Notes under the pieces: generated by a model
Seen by the model: the letters and a program-made list of their open reading frames with translations, nothing else
Told to the model about the DNA's origin: nothing
Database searches by the model: none
Shown: one piece after another, positions 55,253 to 64,000 of the stretch
How the letters are laid out: every line of letters begins with the position of its first letter
How positions within the stretch are numbered: position 1 is the stretch's first letter
Assembly: GCA_001781125.1 (NCBI GenBank)
Contig: MFKT01000029.1
Span: 4,040 to 68,039 of the forward strand
DNA: 64,000 bases
From: Candidatus Kaiserbacteria bacterium RIFCSPHIGHO2_01_FULL_53_29
Lineage (GTDB): Bacteria; Patescibacteriota; Minisyncoccia; Phycocordibacterales; UBA2100
Direction: 5' to 3'
Position numbers and translations under genes: made by a program

Positions 55253-56468
55253 GGGTAGCATCCAATCGCTCCAGTGCCACCGAAAAGGCAGCGCGGCGCA
55301 AGTCGGTCTTCAGCTTTGTACTACGTTTCCAGACATTCTTCGCTTCCCGCTCAAGAAGTTTCCGTAGTTTGCCGAGGACTTTCTTTTCGGTCCAATGTTC
55401 GTTCTTGAGATTCTGTTCCCATTCGTAGGTGGACACAACGACTCCGCCGGCGTTGGCGAGAACATCCGGTACGACGTGGATCTCTTTCTTGAACAAAATG
55501 TCATCTGCTTCAGTTGTCGTCGGGCCGTTCGCCATTTCGAGTACAATGTGTGCTTTGATCTTCGCGGCATTACTCTTGGTGATCGCATTCTCAAGAGCAG
55601 CAGGGACAACAATGTCACATGTGAGCTCGAGTAGTTTCTCGTTGCTGATATTTTTAGTTCCCGGAAATCCTTCGAGGCTACCGTTTTTCTTTTTGTAGGT
55701 TTCCGCAGCATCCGGATCTAAGCCTTTTTCAGTGTAAATACCACCTTTAGAATCCGAGAGACCGATGATCTTGAACCCTTCGGCGACCAAGTTCCTCGCG
55801 AGAAAACTTCCAACATTGCCGAAGCCTTGTATGGCAACGGTCAGTTGGCTCGGCTTTTTCCTGGTGAGATGCGGAAGGAGCGCCATTAATACGTACATGC
55901 CCCCGATGCCTGTCGATTCGCTTCGTCCTTCCGAGCCGCCCTGATCAAGCGGTTTTCCCGTCGCAACCGCTGGAGTTGCTTTGCCGACGATCTTGGAATA
56001 CTCGTCAGCAATCAATCCCATGATGGTCGCGTTGGTTCCGACGTCCGGTCCGGGAACATCTCTTTGGGGCCCCAGAACGGGAGCGAGCTTGCGGACAAAC
56101 CCGCGCGTGAGGCGTTCCAATTCTTTTATAGAAAGTTCCTTGGGGTCTACTGTAACGCCGCCCTTACCACCTCCCATCGGTATCCCCGCGACTGCGCATT
56201 TCATCGTCATCCAGAATGCGAGCGCGCGTACTTCATTGATGTCAGCATCGGGGTGATAACGTACTCCGCCTTTGTAGGGACCGCGCAGGGACGAGTATTG
56301 GACACGATAGCCTTCGAATACCTTGAGCGAGCCGTCGTCCATCCTGACCGGTATCGAGACCTTCACTTCCCGCTCGGGTGCCGAGAGGCGCACTCGCAAA
56401 TCGTCAGATATTTTTTGCACCGCGGTCGCTCGCGTAAGTTGCATCTGTGCCTGCTCGTATGGATTCAC
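55227..56468 (-). CDS. gdhA: Glutamate dehydrogenase (Glu/Leu/Phe/Val family)
   Basis: GPYKGGVRY, GGGKGG, DVPGPDVGT, IQGFGNVG, PDVLANAGGV. Confidence 0.92.
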   Translation of the reverse strand: MNPYEQAQMQLTRATAVQKISDDLRVRLSAPEREVKVSIPVRMDDGSLKVFEGYRVQYSSLRGPYKGGVRYHPDADINEVRALAFWMTMKCAVAGIPMGGGKGGVTVDPKELSIKELERLTRGFVRKLAPVLGPQRDVPGPDVGTNATIMGLIADEYSKIVGKATPAVATGKPLDQGGSEGRSESTGIGGMYVLMALLPHLTRKKPSQLTVAIQGFGNVGSFLARNLVAEGFKIIGLSDSKGGIYTEKGLDPDAAETYKKKNGSLEGFPGTKNISNEKLLELTCDIVVPAALENAITKSNAAKIKAHIVLEMANGPTTTEADDILFKKEIHVVPDVLANAGGVVVSTYEWEQNLKNEHWTEKKVLGKLRKLLEREAKNVWKRSTKLKTDLRRAAFSVALERLDATLDKTPKKR

Positions 56469-56493
56469 GCGCACGAGTATACAGGACAATTGC

Positions 56494-58161
56494 CTAAATC
56501 GACAAATTCACCGTCACGTAGTTTGTCACGTGCGAACCGTCGGGCGCCAGACACGAAATCGTAAAGACGGTTGTGCTCGTGAGAGCCACTGTGGCAGCGC
56601 CGCCTGAAAGCGACGATTGGTTGAAGCTGCCGTCAGGAGAGGTTTCGGTGCAGTTGGTAACGCCTTTTGTACTCCAAAAGATCGAGGTGCGTGCGCCAAG
56701 CGGGACAGAAGCAGGCACTGCCCAGATGTCTACTTTCGGCGTGACCGCAGGAGTTGTCGTTGCCGCCGGCGCAGGTACTGTGGGAGTAGGCTGCTTTCGT
56801 ACTGGAGTCTGTTGGAGAACAGGTTTTTGCGGCACAGGGGCGGGAGGTGGAGGCGGGGTGCCGACAGGATAGCCGCGCCATGAGCAAAGTCCGTCGAAGA
56901 AAGACGGGGTGACGATCTTTGAGAGGAAATTAGTTGCCCATGGACGCGCCCGGCACCACTGCCCGACGATTCCCTGAGGCTGCGCGCCACCGAACGCATC
57001 AGTACCGTAGAAACCCGCGACTTCGATGTTGTTTTGTATATCACGCGTACCGGCTATCACGGTCGCACCTCTGTCCGTCGCCAAAATATCGCCTCGAGCC
57101 CCACCCTGCGGGGGCGCACTACTGTACACGTACGTCGACGTTGCAAAAACGATACGGGGATTTTTCGTGGTATCGAGCACCGGAGTTGTGTCGGCAACTT
57201 CCGCGTTCGTGGGAGCTGGCACGACGCTGCCTGATGAGACGGAAACACTAGGAGCGATCGTACCGGTGAAAGAACTGCCGGTCAAAGAGAGGCCAGTGTC
57301 GCCCGACGAAACACCATTACTGACTGAAGTCTCGGCATTGGTCGACGCCCCGACGCCGACAGCGCTGGGCGCGCCGGAAAGAATGGGTGAGCCGCCTGTG
57401 AGGCTTGAGCCTCCCGTAAGAGAGTTCGTATTCGCGAACGGATTCAGATCGGCGCTCGTATTTGTATTCGCTGCTGTGTTCAGAGCTGGATTCGTGTTCG
57501 CGGCCGGATTTATTGCTCCGCTCAGATCGGGAGATTGCGTGCCCCCTAAGAGCGAACCGAGGATGCTGTTCGAGCCACCCAAACCGGTGAGCCCCCCAAG
57601 GGGATTTGTTGTCGGCGCCACATACTGGGCACAGGGATTTCCGTTGATCTGCGAGATATCGGATGTTTGGAACGTTTGCGTGCAGCCTTGGGCGCCTGTC
57701 GGTGGTTGCGGTGGTTGTTTCTGGTCGTCTTTCTTGCTTTGCTGCATGAGCTTGCCCACAAGATCGCCCAAGGCTTTCATGAGCTGATCCATGCCGGCTG
57801 CATTTCCTCCCTTACCTTTCTCGTCGGTGAACGAAACTCCCTTGCACGTATTAGTATGCGAGCAAAAGCCTGTTACGCCCCGCGGATCCTTACAAGGACA
57901 CAGCCACGCACTTTTTGTCGGCGCATCGCATTTCTTCGTTTTGGGGTTGAAGTCAGGTCCGCAAGGACATGGCGCTTCAGCTTTGGGCACACACGCCAAG
58001 TCAGCCGTTTTTGGATTTGCCCAATTAAGTCCCTTTGCGGCCGCTTCAGGCAGTCCAGCCTGAATTGCGCCCTGCATCGCAGTTTGCGCATTCGTGTGAG
58101 TTGGAAATATAAACAAAACCGCAACAAGAACCACAGCAAAGGAGATTCGCCGACTCACCAT
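56494..58161 (-). CDS. Exported Cys-rich/low-complexity protein related to the 885- and 1730-aa proteins
   Basis: Signal peptide; Cys-rich N-terminus; C-terminal W.T.G...C...SPD...F...C module like the paralogs. Confidence 0.75.
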   Translation of the reverse strand: MVSRRISFAVVLVAVLFIFPTHTNAQTAMQGAIQAGLPEAAAKGLNWANPKTADLACVPKAEAPCPCGPDFNPKTKKCDAPTKSAWLCPCKDPRGVTGFCSHTNTCKGVSFTDEKGKGGNAAGMDQLMKALGDLVGKLMQQSKKDDQKQPPQPPTGAQGCTQTFQTSDISQINGNPCAQYVAPTTNPLGGLTGLGGSNSILGSLLGGTQSPDLSGAINPAANTNPALNTAANTNTSADLNPFANTNSLTGGSSLTGGSPILSGAPSAVGVGASTNAETSVSNGVSSGDTGLSLTGSSFTGTIAPSVSVSSGSVVPAPTNAEVADTTPVLDTTKNPRIVFATSTYVYSSAPPQGGARGDILATDRGATVIAGTRDIQNNIEVAGFYGTDAFGGAQPQGIVGQWCRARPWATNFLSKIVTPSFFDGLCSWRGYPVGTPPPPPAPVPQKPVLQQTPVRKQPTPTVPAPAATTTPAVTPKVDIWAVPASVPLGARTSIFWSTKGVTNCTETSPDGSFNQSSLSGGAATVALTSTTVFTISCLAPDGSHVTNYVTVNLSI

Positions 58162-58176
58162 ATCAGCTCTATGATA

Positions 58177-58821
58177 TCACACTGCTGTCAACACAAACCG
58201 CTCAAGCGTATACTCTAATTCTTCTCCGCGGCGGCGGGCTTCATGAGGAAGTTCGGCGAGGCGGGCGATGAGTTCAGCCCCTCGACGTTGCTCGGGGCTC
58301 CTCGCTTTCGCTCGGAGCAGCATGTCCTTGGCACCCCAAAAAAGCACACCGTGGATAGCTTCGGGAGCAGAATCCCCCGCAAGTTGGCGCTGATATCCGA
58401 CCCAGAGCGCTTTCTTGTCGCCGCGCTTCAGAGCATTGGCGAGTGCGAAAATGCCTCCTTCTTTTTTCTTGGCTGATGCATCGAAACGCTCGGATTTTTC
58501 CGCATATTTTTCTATCTGCTTGCGCGCCGCCGCATCAGGCTTTTCTTCGAGAATAAAAAACGCGTCGGGAGATCCTTTCATCGCAGAAAGGGACCTGAGA
58601 GCGAGCGTTTTCATTTCTTCATTCGCACACACACCATCGAGCACAACCGTGTGCGATGTATCGAACATGCCGCCGCCTTGAAGCGCCGAGGTAAGATCGG
58701 CAAGCGCATTTGCATCGCTGATCCGAACAACTTGTGTCCCCTTTCCCGAAAGTTTCTTTATTGCCGCATCCATCGCCCCGCGCGCTTTTTTTCTGTCGGT
58801 TCCGACGTAGAAGTAGAGCAT
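58177..58821 (-). CDS. holA: Short DNA polymerase III delta subunit-like protein
   Basis: MLYFYVGTD, GGMFD, IFALANAL; directly downstream of polA. Confidence 0.6.
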   Translation of the reverse strand: MLYFYVGTDRKKARGAMDAAIKKLSGKGTQVVRISDANALADLTSALQGGGMFDTSHTVVLDGVCANEEMKTLALRSLSAMKGSPDAFFILEEKPDAAARKQIEKYAEKSERFDASAKKKEGGIFALANALKRGDKKALWVGYQRQLAGDSAPEAIHGVLFWGAKDMLLRAKARSPEQRRGAELIARLAELPHEARRRGEELEYTLERFVLTAV

Positions 58822-58823
58822 GG

Positions 58824-61223
58824 TTATCGAGGTATTTTCTTCACTTCTCCCCAATTCTGCCCTATCGAGACTTCTACGACAATAGGAACTCCCGAGAGCT
58901 CGTCTGCCGAGACGACCGATTCCATAACATGTCGGATTTTTTGTGCTGCTTCTTCTGCGATCTTTTCATCAAGTTCGTATACGAGTTCGTCGTGGACTTG
59001 CAACACAAGCTCCGCCCTCCCCCGCCAGCCTTCTTTTTCTATGAGCGAATCCGCCTCAACCATCGCGAGCTTGATGATGTCGGACTGTGTCCCTTGTATC
59101 GGTGCGTTTATCGCCATGCGCTCGGCTTGTGCGCGCAATCCTGGGATCGAGGATTGGAAACCCGAAAAATAGCGGCGGCGGCCAAAGAGTGTCTCTGTGT
59201 AGCCTTTGAGGGCCGCTTCGGCTTTCGTGTGCTCGATGTAGCGCGCAAGACCGGAGAAATTCTTGAAATACTCGGAGAGGAATTGTGCCGCTTCGTCACG
59301 CGGGACAGTCTCGCCTAAGTTCGCGCGCAGCGCGTTTACGCCCATCCCGTAGAGAATGCCGAAATTAATAACCTTCGCACGCCGGCGCATTTCATGATCC
59401 ACTAACTCCCCCGGCACATTGAATACTTCTGCAGCCACGGCAGCGTGTACATCTCCCCCGCTTTGGAATACATGTATCAACTTCTCATCAGCCGAAAGCC
59501 CCGCCGCGATGCGAAGCTCTATCTGTGAATAGTCGAGTGCTGCGAGCACGCGCCCCTTCGGAGCCGAAAAAGCGGAGCGTATCCGCCGACCCAGCTCGGT
59601 CTTGATAGGAATATTCTGTAAGTTCGGATTCTGGCACCCCATGCGACCCGTCACCGTGCCGGTCTGCAAGAATTCTGCGCGCAAGCGGCTGTCGGCGCCG
59701 AGCAGTGCCGGCATTTTGTCGATGTAGGTGGAGAGAAGTTTTTGAAGTTCCCGATACGCGAGGATGTCTGCAATGATCGGGTGCAGCCGAGAAAGCTTTT
59801 CGAGTTCACTTTCTTTTGTCGTACGCGCGCCGCCCGCTGTTTTCTTCTGACGCACCGGATTTATTTTCAATTCGTCATACAGAACAACACCGAGCTGTTT
59901 TGGCGAGTTGATATTGAATTCGTGGCCCGCGTGTGTGTATATCTTGCCCGCAAGACGCCCGAGTTCTGTGCGATATTCTTTTGCAAGCTCCTTCAAATGC
60001 GATGCATCGATGTAGACCCCTGCTGCATTCATACGCTGCACGATGGGGATGAGCGGCTTTTCTATCTTTTCATATACATCATTGAGACGACCAGTTGTTC
60101 GGATTTCCTGAAAGATATTTTCTCGCGCTTTCTCGAAATCTTCCGTCTTCGCTTCCCGCAAAATATCTTCAAGCGTGGGGTTCGTTGTGTCGGAGTGCAA
60201 AAGCCAGAGCGCCACCGATGTTTCGCGAAGCGCCTCCGCGTCGACATGCTGCTTTTCTTGTTCGGGAGCGATTGTTTCATCCATCTTTGAGCCGACGAGC
60301 CTGCCGACGCGTTCTTTCAATGACTTGAATTCCAATTCGTCGCACAGCGCTTGAATGGTCTCTGTGTGGTCGGTAAGATGCCAGTGTTGCCGTGGCAATT
60401 CAAAGGAAATCGGAACGTTCGGATGTATCGTCGCAAGTGTTTTCGAGAACGCCGCATCCGCCTTGCCCTCTTTTAGTAGTTCGACGATACGCGGTCTCAC
60501 TTTTTTTGCGAACGATTCCGAGTCGCTTTCAAGGGCCGCATAGATATCATCAAGCGAGCCGAATTCTTTGATAAGTTCTGTTGCCGTCTTCTCACCGATG
60601 CCTCTGATGCCGGGAATATTATCCGACGGATCACCGCGCAGCGCTTTGTAATCAACAACGCGCTCGGGCCCGAAGCCATATCGCTCGTGCACCGCATCAG
60701 TGTCGTAGATAACAGTGTCGTTCATTCCCTTGCGCATGGTGAAAACGCGCACACGATCAGAGACCAACTGCAGGGTATCCATATCCCCCGATGCAATGAT
60801 GGTCTCGATATCACGGCGTGCCGAAACTTCGCGCACGATCGTCCCTACCACGTCATCGGCCTCAAATCCTGCATGGCTGTACATCGGAATGCCGAACGCT
60901 TCGAAGATCTTTGGTGCGCGCTCAAGTTGTGCCACAAGTTCGTCCTCGGTTTTCACGCGCGTCGCTTTGTATGTCTCAAAGAGCTCGTGCCGATATGTGG
61001 CTCCCGGCAAATCGCGCGCCGCGACGAGATAATCTGGCTTGAGCGTCTCGACGATCTTGAGAAGCATGGTGATAAGCCCGTACAAGGCGCCCGTCGGCTC
61101 TCCGCTGCTCGATGAAAAATCCGGCAGCGCGTGGTATGCGCGATGGATTATCGCGTGCGAATCCAAGAGCACGAGTTGCAGAGGTTTCTCTCCCTCTTTT
61201 TCTTCAGATTTTTTCTTCGCCAT
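58824..61223 (-). CDS. polA: DNA polymerase I (5'-3' exonuclease plus polymerase; middle 3'-5' exonuclease domain appears reduced)
   Basis: LLDSHAIIHRAYHA, GDPSDNIPG, NPNLQNIP, DYSQIELR, KVINFGILYGMG, QVHDEL. Confidence 0.95.
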   Translation of the reverse strand: MAKKKSEEKEGEKPLQLVLLDSHAIIHRAYHALPDFSSSSGEPTGALYGLITMLLKIVETLKPDYLVAARDLPGATYRHELFETYKATRVKTEDELVAQLERAPKIFEAFGIPMYSHAGFEADDVVGTIVREVSARRDIETIIASGDMDTLQLVSDRVRVFTMRKGMNDTVIYDTDAVHERYGFGPERVVDYKALRGDPSDNIPGIRGIGEKTATELIKEFGSLDDIYAALESDSESFAKKVRPRIVELLKEGKADAAFSKTLATIHPNVPISFELPRQHWHLTDHTETIQALCDELEFKSLKERVGRLVGSKMDETIAPEQEKQHVDAEALRETSVALWLLHSDTTNPTLEDILREAKTEDFEKARENIFQEIRTTGRLNDVYEKIEKPLIPIVQRMNAAGVYIDASHLKELAKEYRTELGRLAGKIYTHAGHEFNINSPKQLGVVLYDELKINPVRQKKTAGGARTTKESELEKLSRLHPIIADILAYRELQKLLSTYIDKMPALLGADSRLRAEFLQTGTVTGRMGCQNPNLQNIPIKTELGRRIRSAFSAPKGRVLAALDYSQIELRIAAGLSADEKLIHVFQSGGDVHAAVAAEVFNVPGELVDHEMRRRAKVINFGILYGMGVNALRANLGETVPRDEAAQFLSEYFKNFSGLARYIEHTKAEAALKGYTETLFGRRRYFSGFQSSIPGLRAQAERMAINAPIQGTQSDIIKLAMVEADSLIEKEGWRGRAELVLQVHDELVYELDEKIAEEAAQKIRHVMESVVSADELSGVPIVVEVSIGQNWGEVKKIPR

Positions 61224-61656
61224 ATTCGTTAATCAGAGTGATGATACGCCCGTCATCCACAATGTCGAATCTGATATTAGTGGCGTGTGGCGGGATCGCA
61301 CCCACTACCCGCTCGGGCCACTCCAGAACAATGAGATTCCCCGAATCCTGAAGCAGCTTTTCCCAACCTAACACCTCAAGCTCGTGTGCGCTTTTCAAGC
61401 GATATGCATCAATATGAATTAAACGCTGAAATTTCTGTCCTTCGAGCTTATATATCTTTTCGAGCACAAAAGTCGGGCTCGTCACCACTTCCTCAACTCC
61501 GAGAGCCTTCGCGATTCCCTGCGCAAAAGTGGTCTTCCCCGCACCGAGCTCACCGGAAAGCGTTGCGACCACGGCTTGTTGCCGAGGCTGCAGATGAGAA
61601 ACAAATTCTGCCGCATGAGCCTGCAATTCTTCAGCTGAATTGGAACGAAGTTCCAT
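61204..61656 (-). CDS. tsaE: tRNA t6A biosynthesis ATPase TsaE
   Basis: LSGELGAGKTTF, VTSPTF, HIDAYRL, LEWPE. Confidence 0.95.
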   Translation of the reverse strand: MELRSNSAEELQAHAAEFVSHLQPRQQAVVATLSGELGAGKTTFAQGIAKALGVEEVVTSPTFVLEKIYKLEGQKFQRLIHIDAYRLKSAHELEVLGWEKLLQDSGNLIVLEWPERVVGAIPPHATNIRFDIVDDGRIITLINEYGEEKI

Positions 61657-61703
61657 ATGCAGAGTGTACCAAAGGCGCGCTGAGATACGTTACAATGGTG
61701 GGA

Positions 61704-63401
61704 ATGGCTACTCAGTTCAATGAGAAGAAGCAGGATGAGCGACTGCATGACCTGCGCGGGCGCGAGGAAGAGCAGCTCGCTGAAATGCTGTCGGGCAAAT
61801 ACGGCGTCGAGTACGCCGATCTCACATCCAAGGCGATCGACACCGATGCGCTGCGGCTCGTCGAAGAAAAGATCGCGCGTGCAGCGGAAGTGGCAGCCTT
61901 TCACAAGGTCAACAAAAATCTTTTTCTCGCGATGCGCTCCCCCGAGCGCCCCGATGCCGTGCAGGTGATACAGAATCTGGAGCACTTGGGCTACGAGGTG
62001 CGCCGCTTCATCGTATCGCGTGCATCGCTCGATCACGCATGGGATCGCTACCACGACATTTCCTACGCGACCGAGACAGAGGCCGGTATCTTGACGCTCT
62101 CCAACAAAACCATTCAGGAGATGCTGCAAAAATTGAAGAAGCTCGAAGATGTGCGGCTCGAGATCCAATCGCACGCAGGTTCTAAAGACACGCACCGCAT
62201 CTCGCGCGTGCTGGAGATCATCATGGGGGGTGCCTTATCCTTGGGCGCATCCGACATTCACCTGGAGCCCGAGGAAGAGGCCGTGCGCATGCGCTATCGC
62301 CTGGACGGCGTCTTGATAGAGGCCACGATGTTCGATGCTCCGACCTATGCGCTCATCTCGTCGCGCATCAAATTACTCTCCGGTCTCAAACTCAACATAA
62401 AAAGCGCAGCACAAGACGGCCGCTTCTCAATTGTCGTCAACGAAAAAGAGATCGAGATACGCACAAGCGTCCTCCCCGGTGCCTACGCCGAGACGATCGT
62501 CATGCGTGTCTTGGATCCGACGACGATCGCGCTTCCCATGGAAGCGCTCGGCTTCGACAAATACCTCATGGAAATATTCAATAAGGAAATTGCGAAACCC
62601 AACGGCATGATATTGAACACCGGTCCGACGGGCTCCGGGAAGACGACGACTCTCTATGCTTTCTTGCGGCAGGTGCACAATCCGGGAATAAAGATAGTGA
62701 CTATCGAAGACCCGATAGAGTATCACTTGCCGGGTATCGTGCAGACGCAAGTGTCCAAGGACTATTCTTTCGCGCTTGGGCTCCGCTCGACACTGCGCCA
62801 AGACCCGGATGTCATCATGGTCGGCGAGATCCGTGATGCTGAAGTGGCATCAACCGCCGTGCACGCATCGCTCACCGGTCACCTCGTATTCTCGACACTC
62901 CACACCAACGATGCCGCCGGTACTTTCCCCCGCCTTATCGACATGGGCGTGAATGCCGACATCCTGGGCGCGGCGGTCACGGTGGCAATGGCACAACGCC
63001 TCGTGCGCCGCTTATGTCCGCACTGCCGCGTCTCGCAGCCCTTGAGCGCAGAAGATAAAAAACTGATGGAGCCGCTTCTGCGCAACATTCCCCACGCCGA
63101 TGAATTGCCCGCCAATCGCGACACGATGTGGCTACCCAAGGGCTGCGAGAAATGCGGCGGGCTCGGATACAAAGGCCGCATCGCGGTCGTCGAGGTCGTG
63201 CTCATGGATCACGAGATCGAAGATTGTGTACGACACACCTCAAGCGAGCGCGACATTTGGAAAGCGGCGACGCACCAAAAGATCCGGCGCATGGGACAAG
63301 ATGGTATCGTGAAAGTATTGCAGGGCGTGACCTCGCTCGAAGAACTCGGTCGCGTTGTTGACCTACATGACGAAGTCATGTTGGAAACTATCGGTAACTA
63401 A
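61704..63401 (+). CDS. pilB: PilB/GspE family pilus assembly ATPase
   Basis: ASDIHLEP, QDGRF, TGPTGSGKTTTLY, LRQDPDVIMVGEIRD, TGHLVFSTLHTND, CxxC pairs. Confidence 0.9.
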   Translation: MATQFNEKKQDERLHDLRGREEEQLAEMLSGKYGVEYADLTSKAIDTDALRLVEEKIARAAEVAAFHKVNKNLFLAMRSPERPDAVQVIQNLEHLGYEVRRFIVSRASLDHAWDRYHDISYATETEAGILTLSNKTIQEMLQKLKKLEDVRLEIQSHAGSKDTHRISRVLEIIMGGALSLGASDIHLEPEEEAVRMRYRLDGVLIEATMFDAPTYALISSRIKLLSGLKLNIKSAAQDGRFSIVVNEKEIEIRTSVLPGAYAETIVMRVLDPTTIALPMEALGFDKYLMEIFNKEIAKPNGMILNTGPTGSGKTTTLYAFLRQVHNPGIKIVTIEDPIEYHLPGIVQTQVSKDYSFALGLRSTLRQDPDVIMVGEIRDAEVASTAVHASLTGHLVFSTLHTNDAAGTFPRLIDMGVNADILGAAVTVAMAQRLVRRLCPHCRVSQPLSAEDKKLMEPLLRNIPHADELPANRDTMWLPKGCEKCGGLGYKGRIAVVEVVLMDHEIEDCVRHTSSERDIWKAATHQKIRRMGQDGIVKVLQGVTSLEELGRVVDLHDEVMLETIGN

Positions 63402-63599
63402 GACGCTTTCACAGCATAAAACCCGATTATGTGATTGCAAACGAGCCTGCCCCGTTAGAAATATACTCTCACAATTTACGACACATCAATTGCCAAGAAG
63501 AAACATTCTCTGCGCAGTGGAAAAACGCTTCCTAATTTCTTTTGGGGTGCTATCGTTCAAACAGGAAGGGCTTGCCCTTCGAAGTTTTAGCGAAGAAGG

Positions 63600-63732
63600 G
63601 AGGTGCACACTATCGGGCGATGCTTTTGTAAAAAAGTTGCAACCAGGCCCTGAGGATGGCGGCAGCCGTCCCGCCAAGGCGGGAAACCGCCGCGTCCTTG
63701 GAAAAGTTACCATCGCCCGATACTGTGCATCT
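63600..63732. ncRNA. Candidate structured RNA: long closing stem, central bubble, terminal stem (6S-like shape)
   Basis: GAGGTGCACA-C-TATCGGGCGATG pairs with CATCGCCCGATA-C-TGTGCATCTC; inner GAGGAT/GTCCTT, GGCGG/CCGCC, TCCCGCC/GGCGGGA. Confidence 0.5.
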
Positions 63733-63803
63733 CTATGAAAGGCTTGCCGATGCCACGGGTGTGGCGGGCAGAGAAAAAGCGCAAACAGCGCTTTCTGACA
63801 GAG

Positions 63804-63831
63804 AGTATAGCATATTAGAATGAATTGTCAA
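63804..63831 (-). promoter_or_regulatory. Sigma70 promoter firing into the structured intergenic region
   Basis: TTGACA (63831-63826), 16 bp, TG-n-TATACT (63809-63804). Confidence 0.65.
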
Positions 63832-63903
63832 CCCCATTAGAGAGCTCCGAAGTTTGCCTCTAACGGGGCATGGCCACCTCAATTCGATCCATATTGGATC
63901 CAG

Positions 63904-64000
63904 ATGAGCAAAAATATGACAGACAAAGATAAAGAAGCAATAGAAAAGTCCCCCCGCTCCCTCGATCAGGCGCTCCGTCCTGCTGATTGGAAAGAGTATG
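63904..64000 (+). CDS. ruvB: N-terminus of Holliday junction helicase RuvB (partial)
   Basis: SLDQALRPADWKEY matches the RuvB N-terminal LRP...Y motif. Confidence 0.7.
   Translation, partial: MSKNMTDKDKEAIEKSPRSLDQALRPADWKEY

Noticed and set aside
63486-63713. 75-aa ORF (and the 127-aa plus-strand ORF) in the pilB-ruvB gap
   Set aside because: No motifs or ribosome-binding signal; the region is better explained by RNA/DNA secondary structure
1-64000. Alternative genetic code 25 (TGA=Gly)
   Set aside because: Conserved genes such as glyS and argS end at TGA at expected lengths and have no internal TGA

Overview
This is a chromosomal window from a small-genome bacterium using genetic code 11, most likely Patescibacteria/CPR (Parcubacteria, Kaiserbacteria-like; inferred from gene content and organisation). 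It carries housekeeping genes (tatD, metG, glyS, recO, ileS, Pif1-like helicase, argS, secE-nusG-rplK with no rplA behind it, rplS, rpsT, ruvA, start of ruvB, murE, holA, polA, tsaE), seven-plus pilus genes and pilus-like genes (pilM/N/O-like cluster, a pilin, a PilB/GspE ATPase), seven tRNAs, a split two-component signalling cluster, a PemK/MazF toxin-antitoxin pair, three large Cys/Gln-rich exported proteins, and a gdhA-proACB block with a T-box leader. The most notable signals are non-coding. (1) A four-helix-bundle gene sits between inverted TAG-heptamer arrays, and an 'empty' copy of the same ends lies 13 kb away. (2) A PaaX/Cas2-fold gene is flanked by 40-bp palindromic direct repeats. 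(3) Several families of short palindromes are inserted in frame into housekeeping genes. (4) Two HNH nuclease genes abut or overlap tRNA 5' ends. (5) The proline T-box has a minimal Stem I. (6) There are several unexplained structured RNA candidates. Product calls come from motif recognition by eye; no searches were run.
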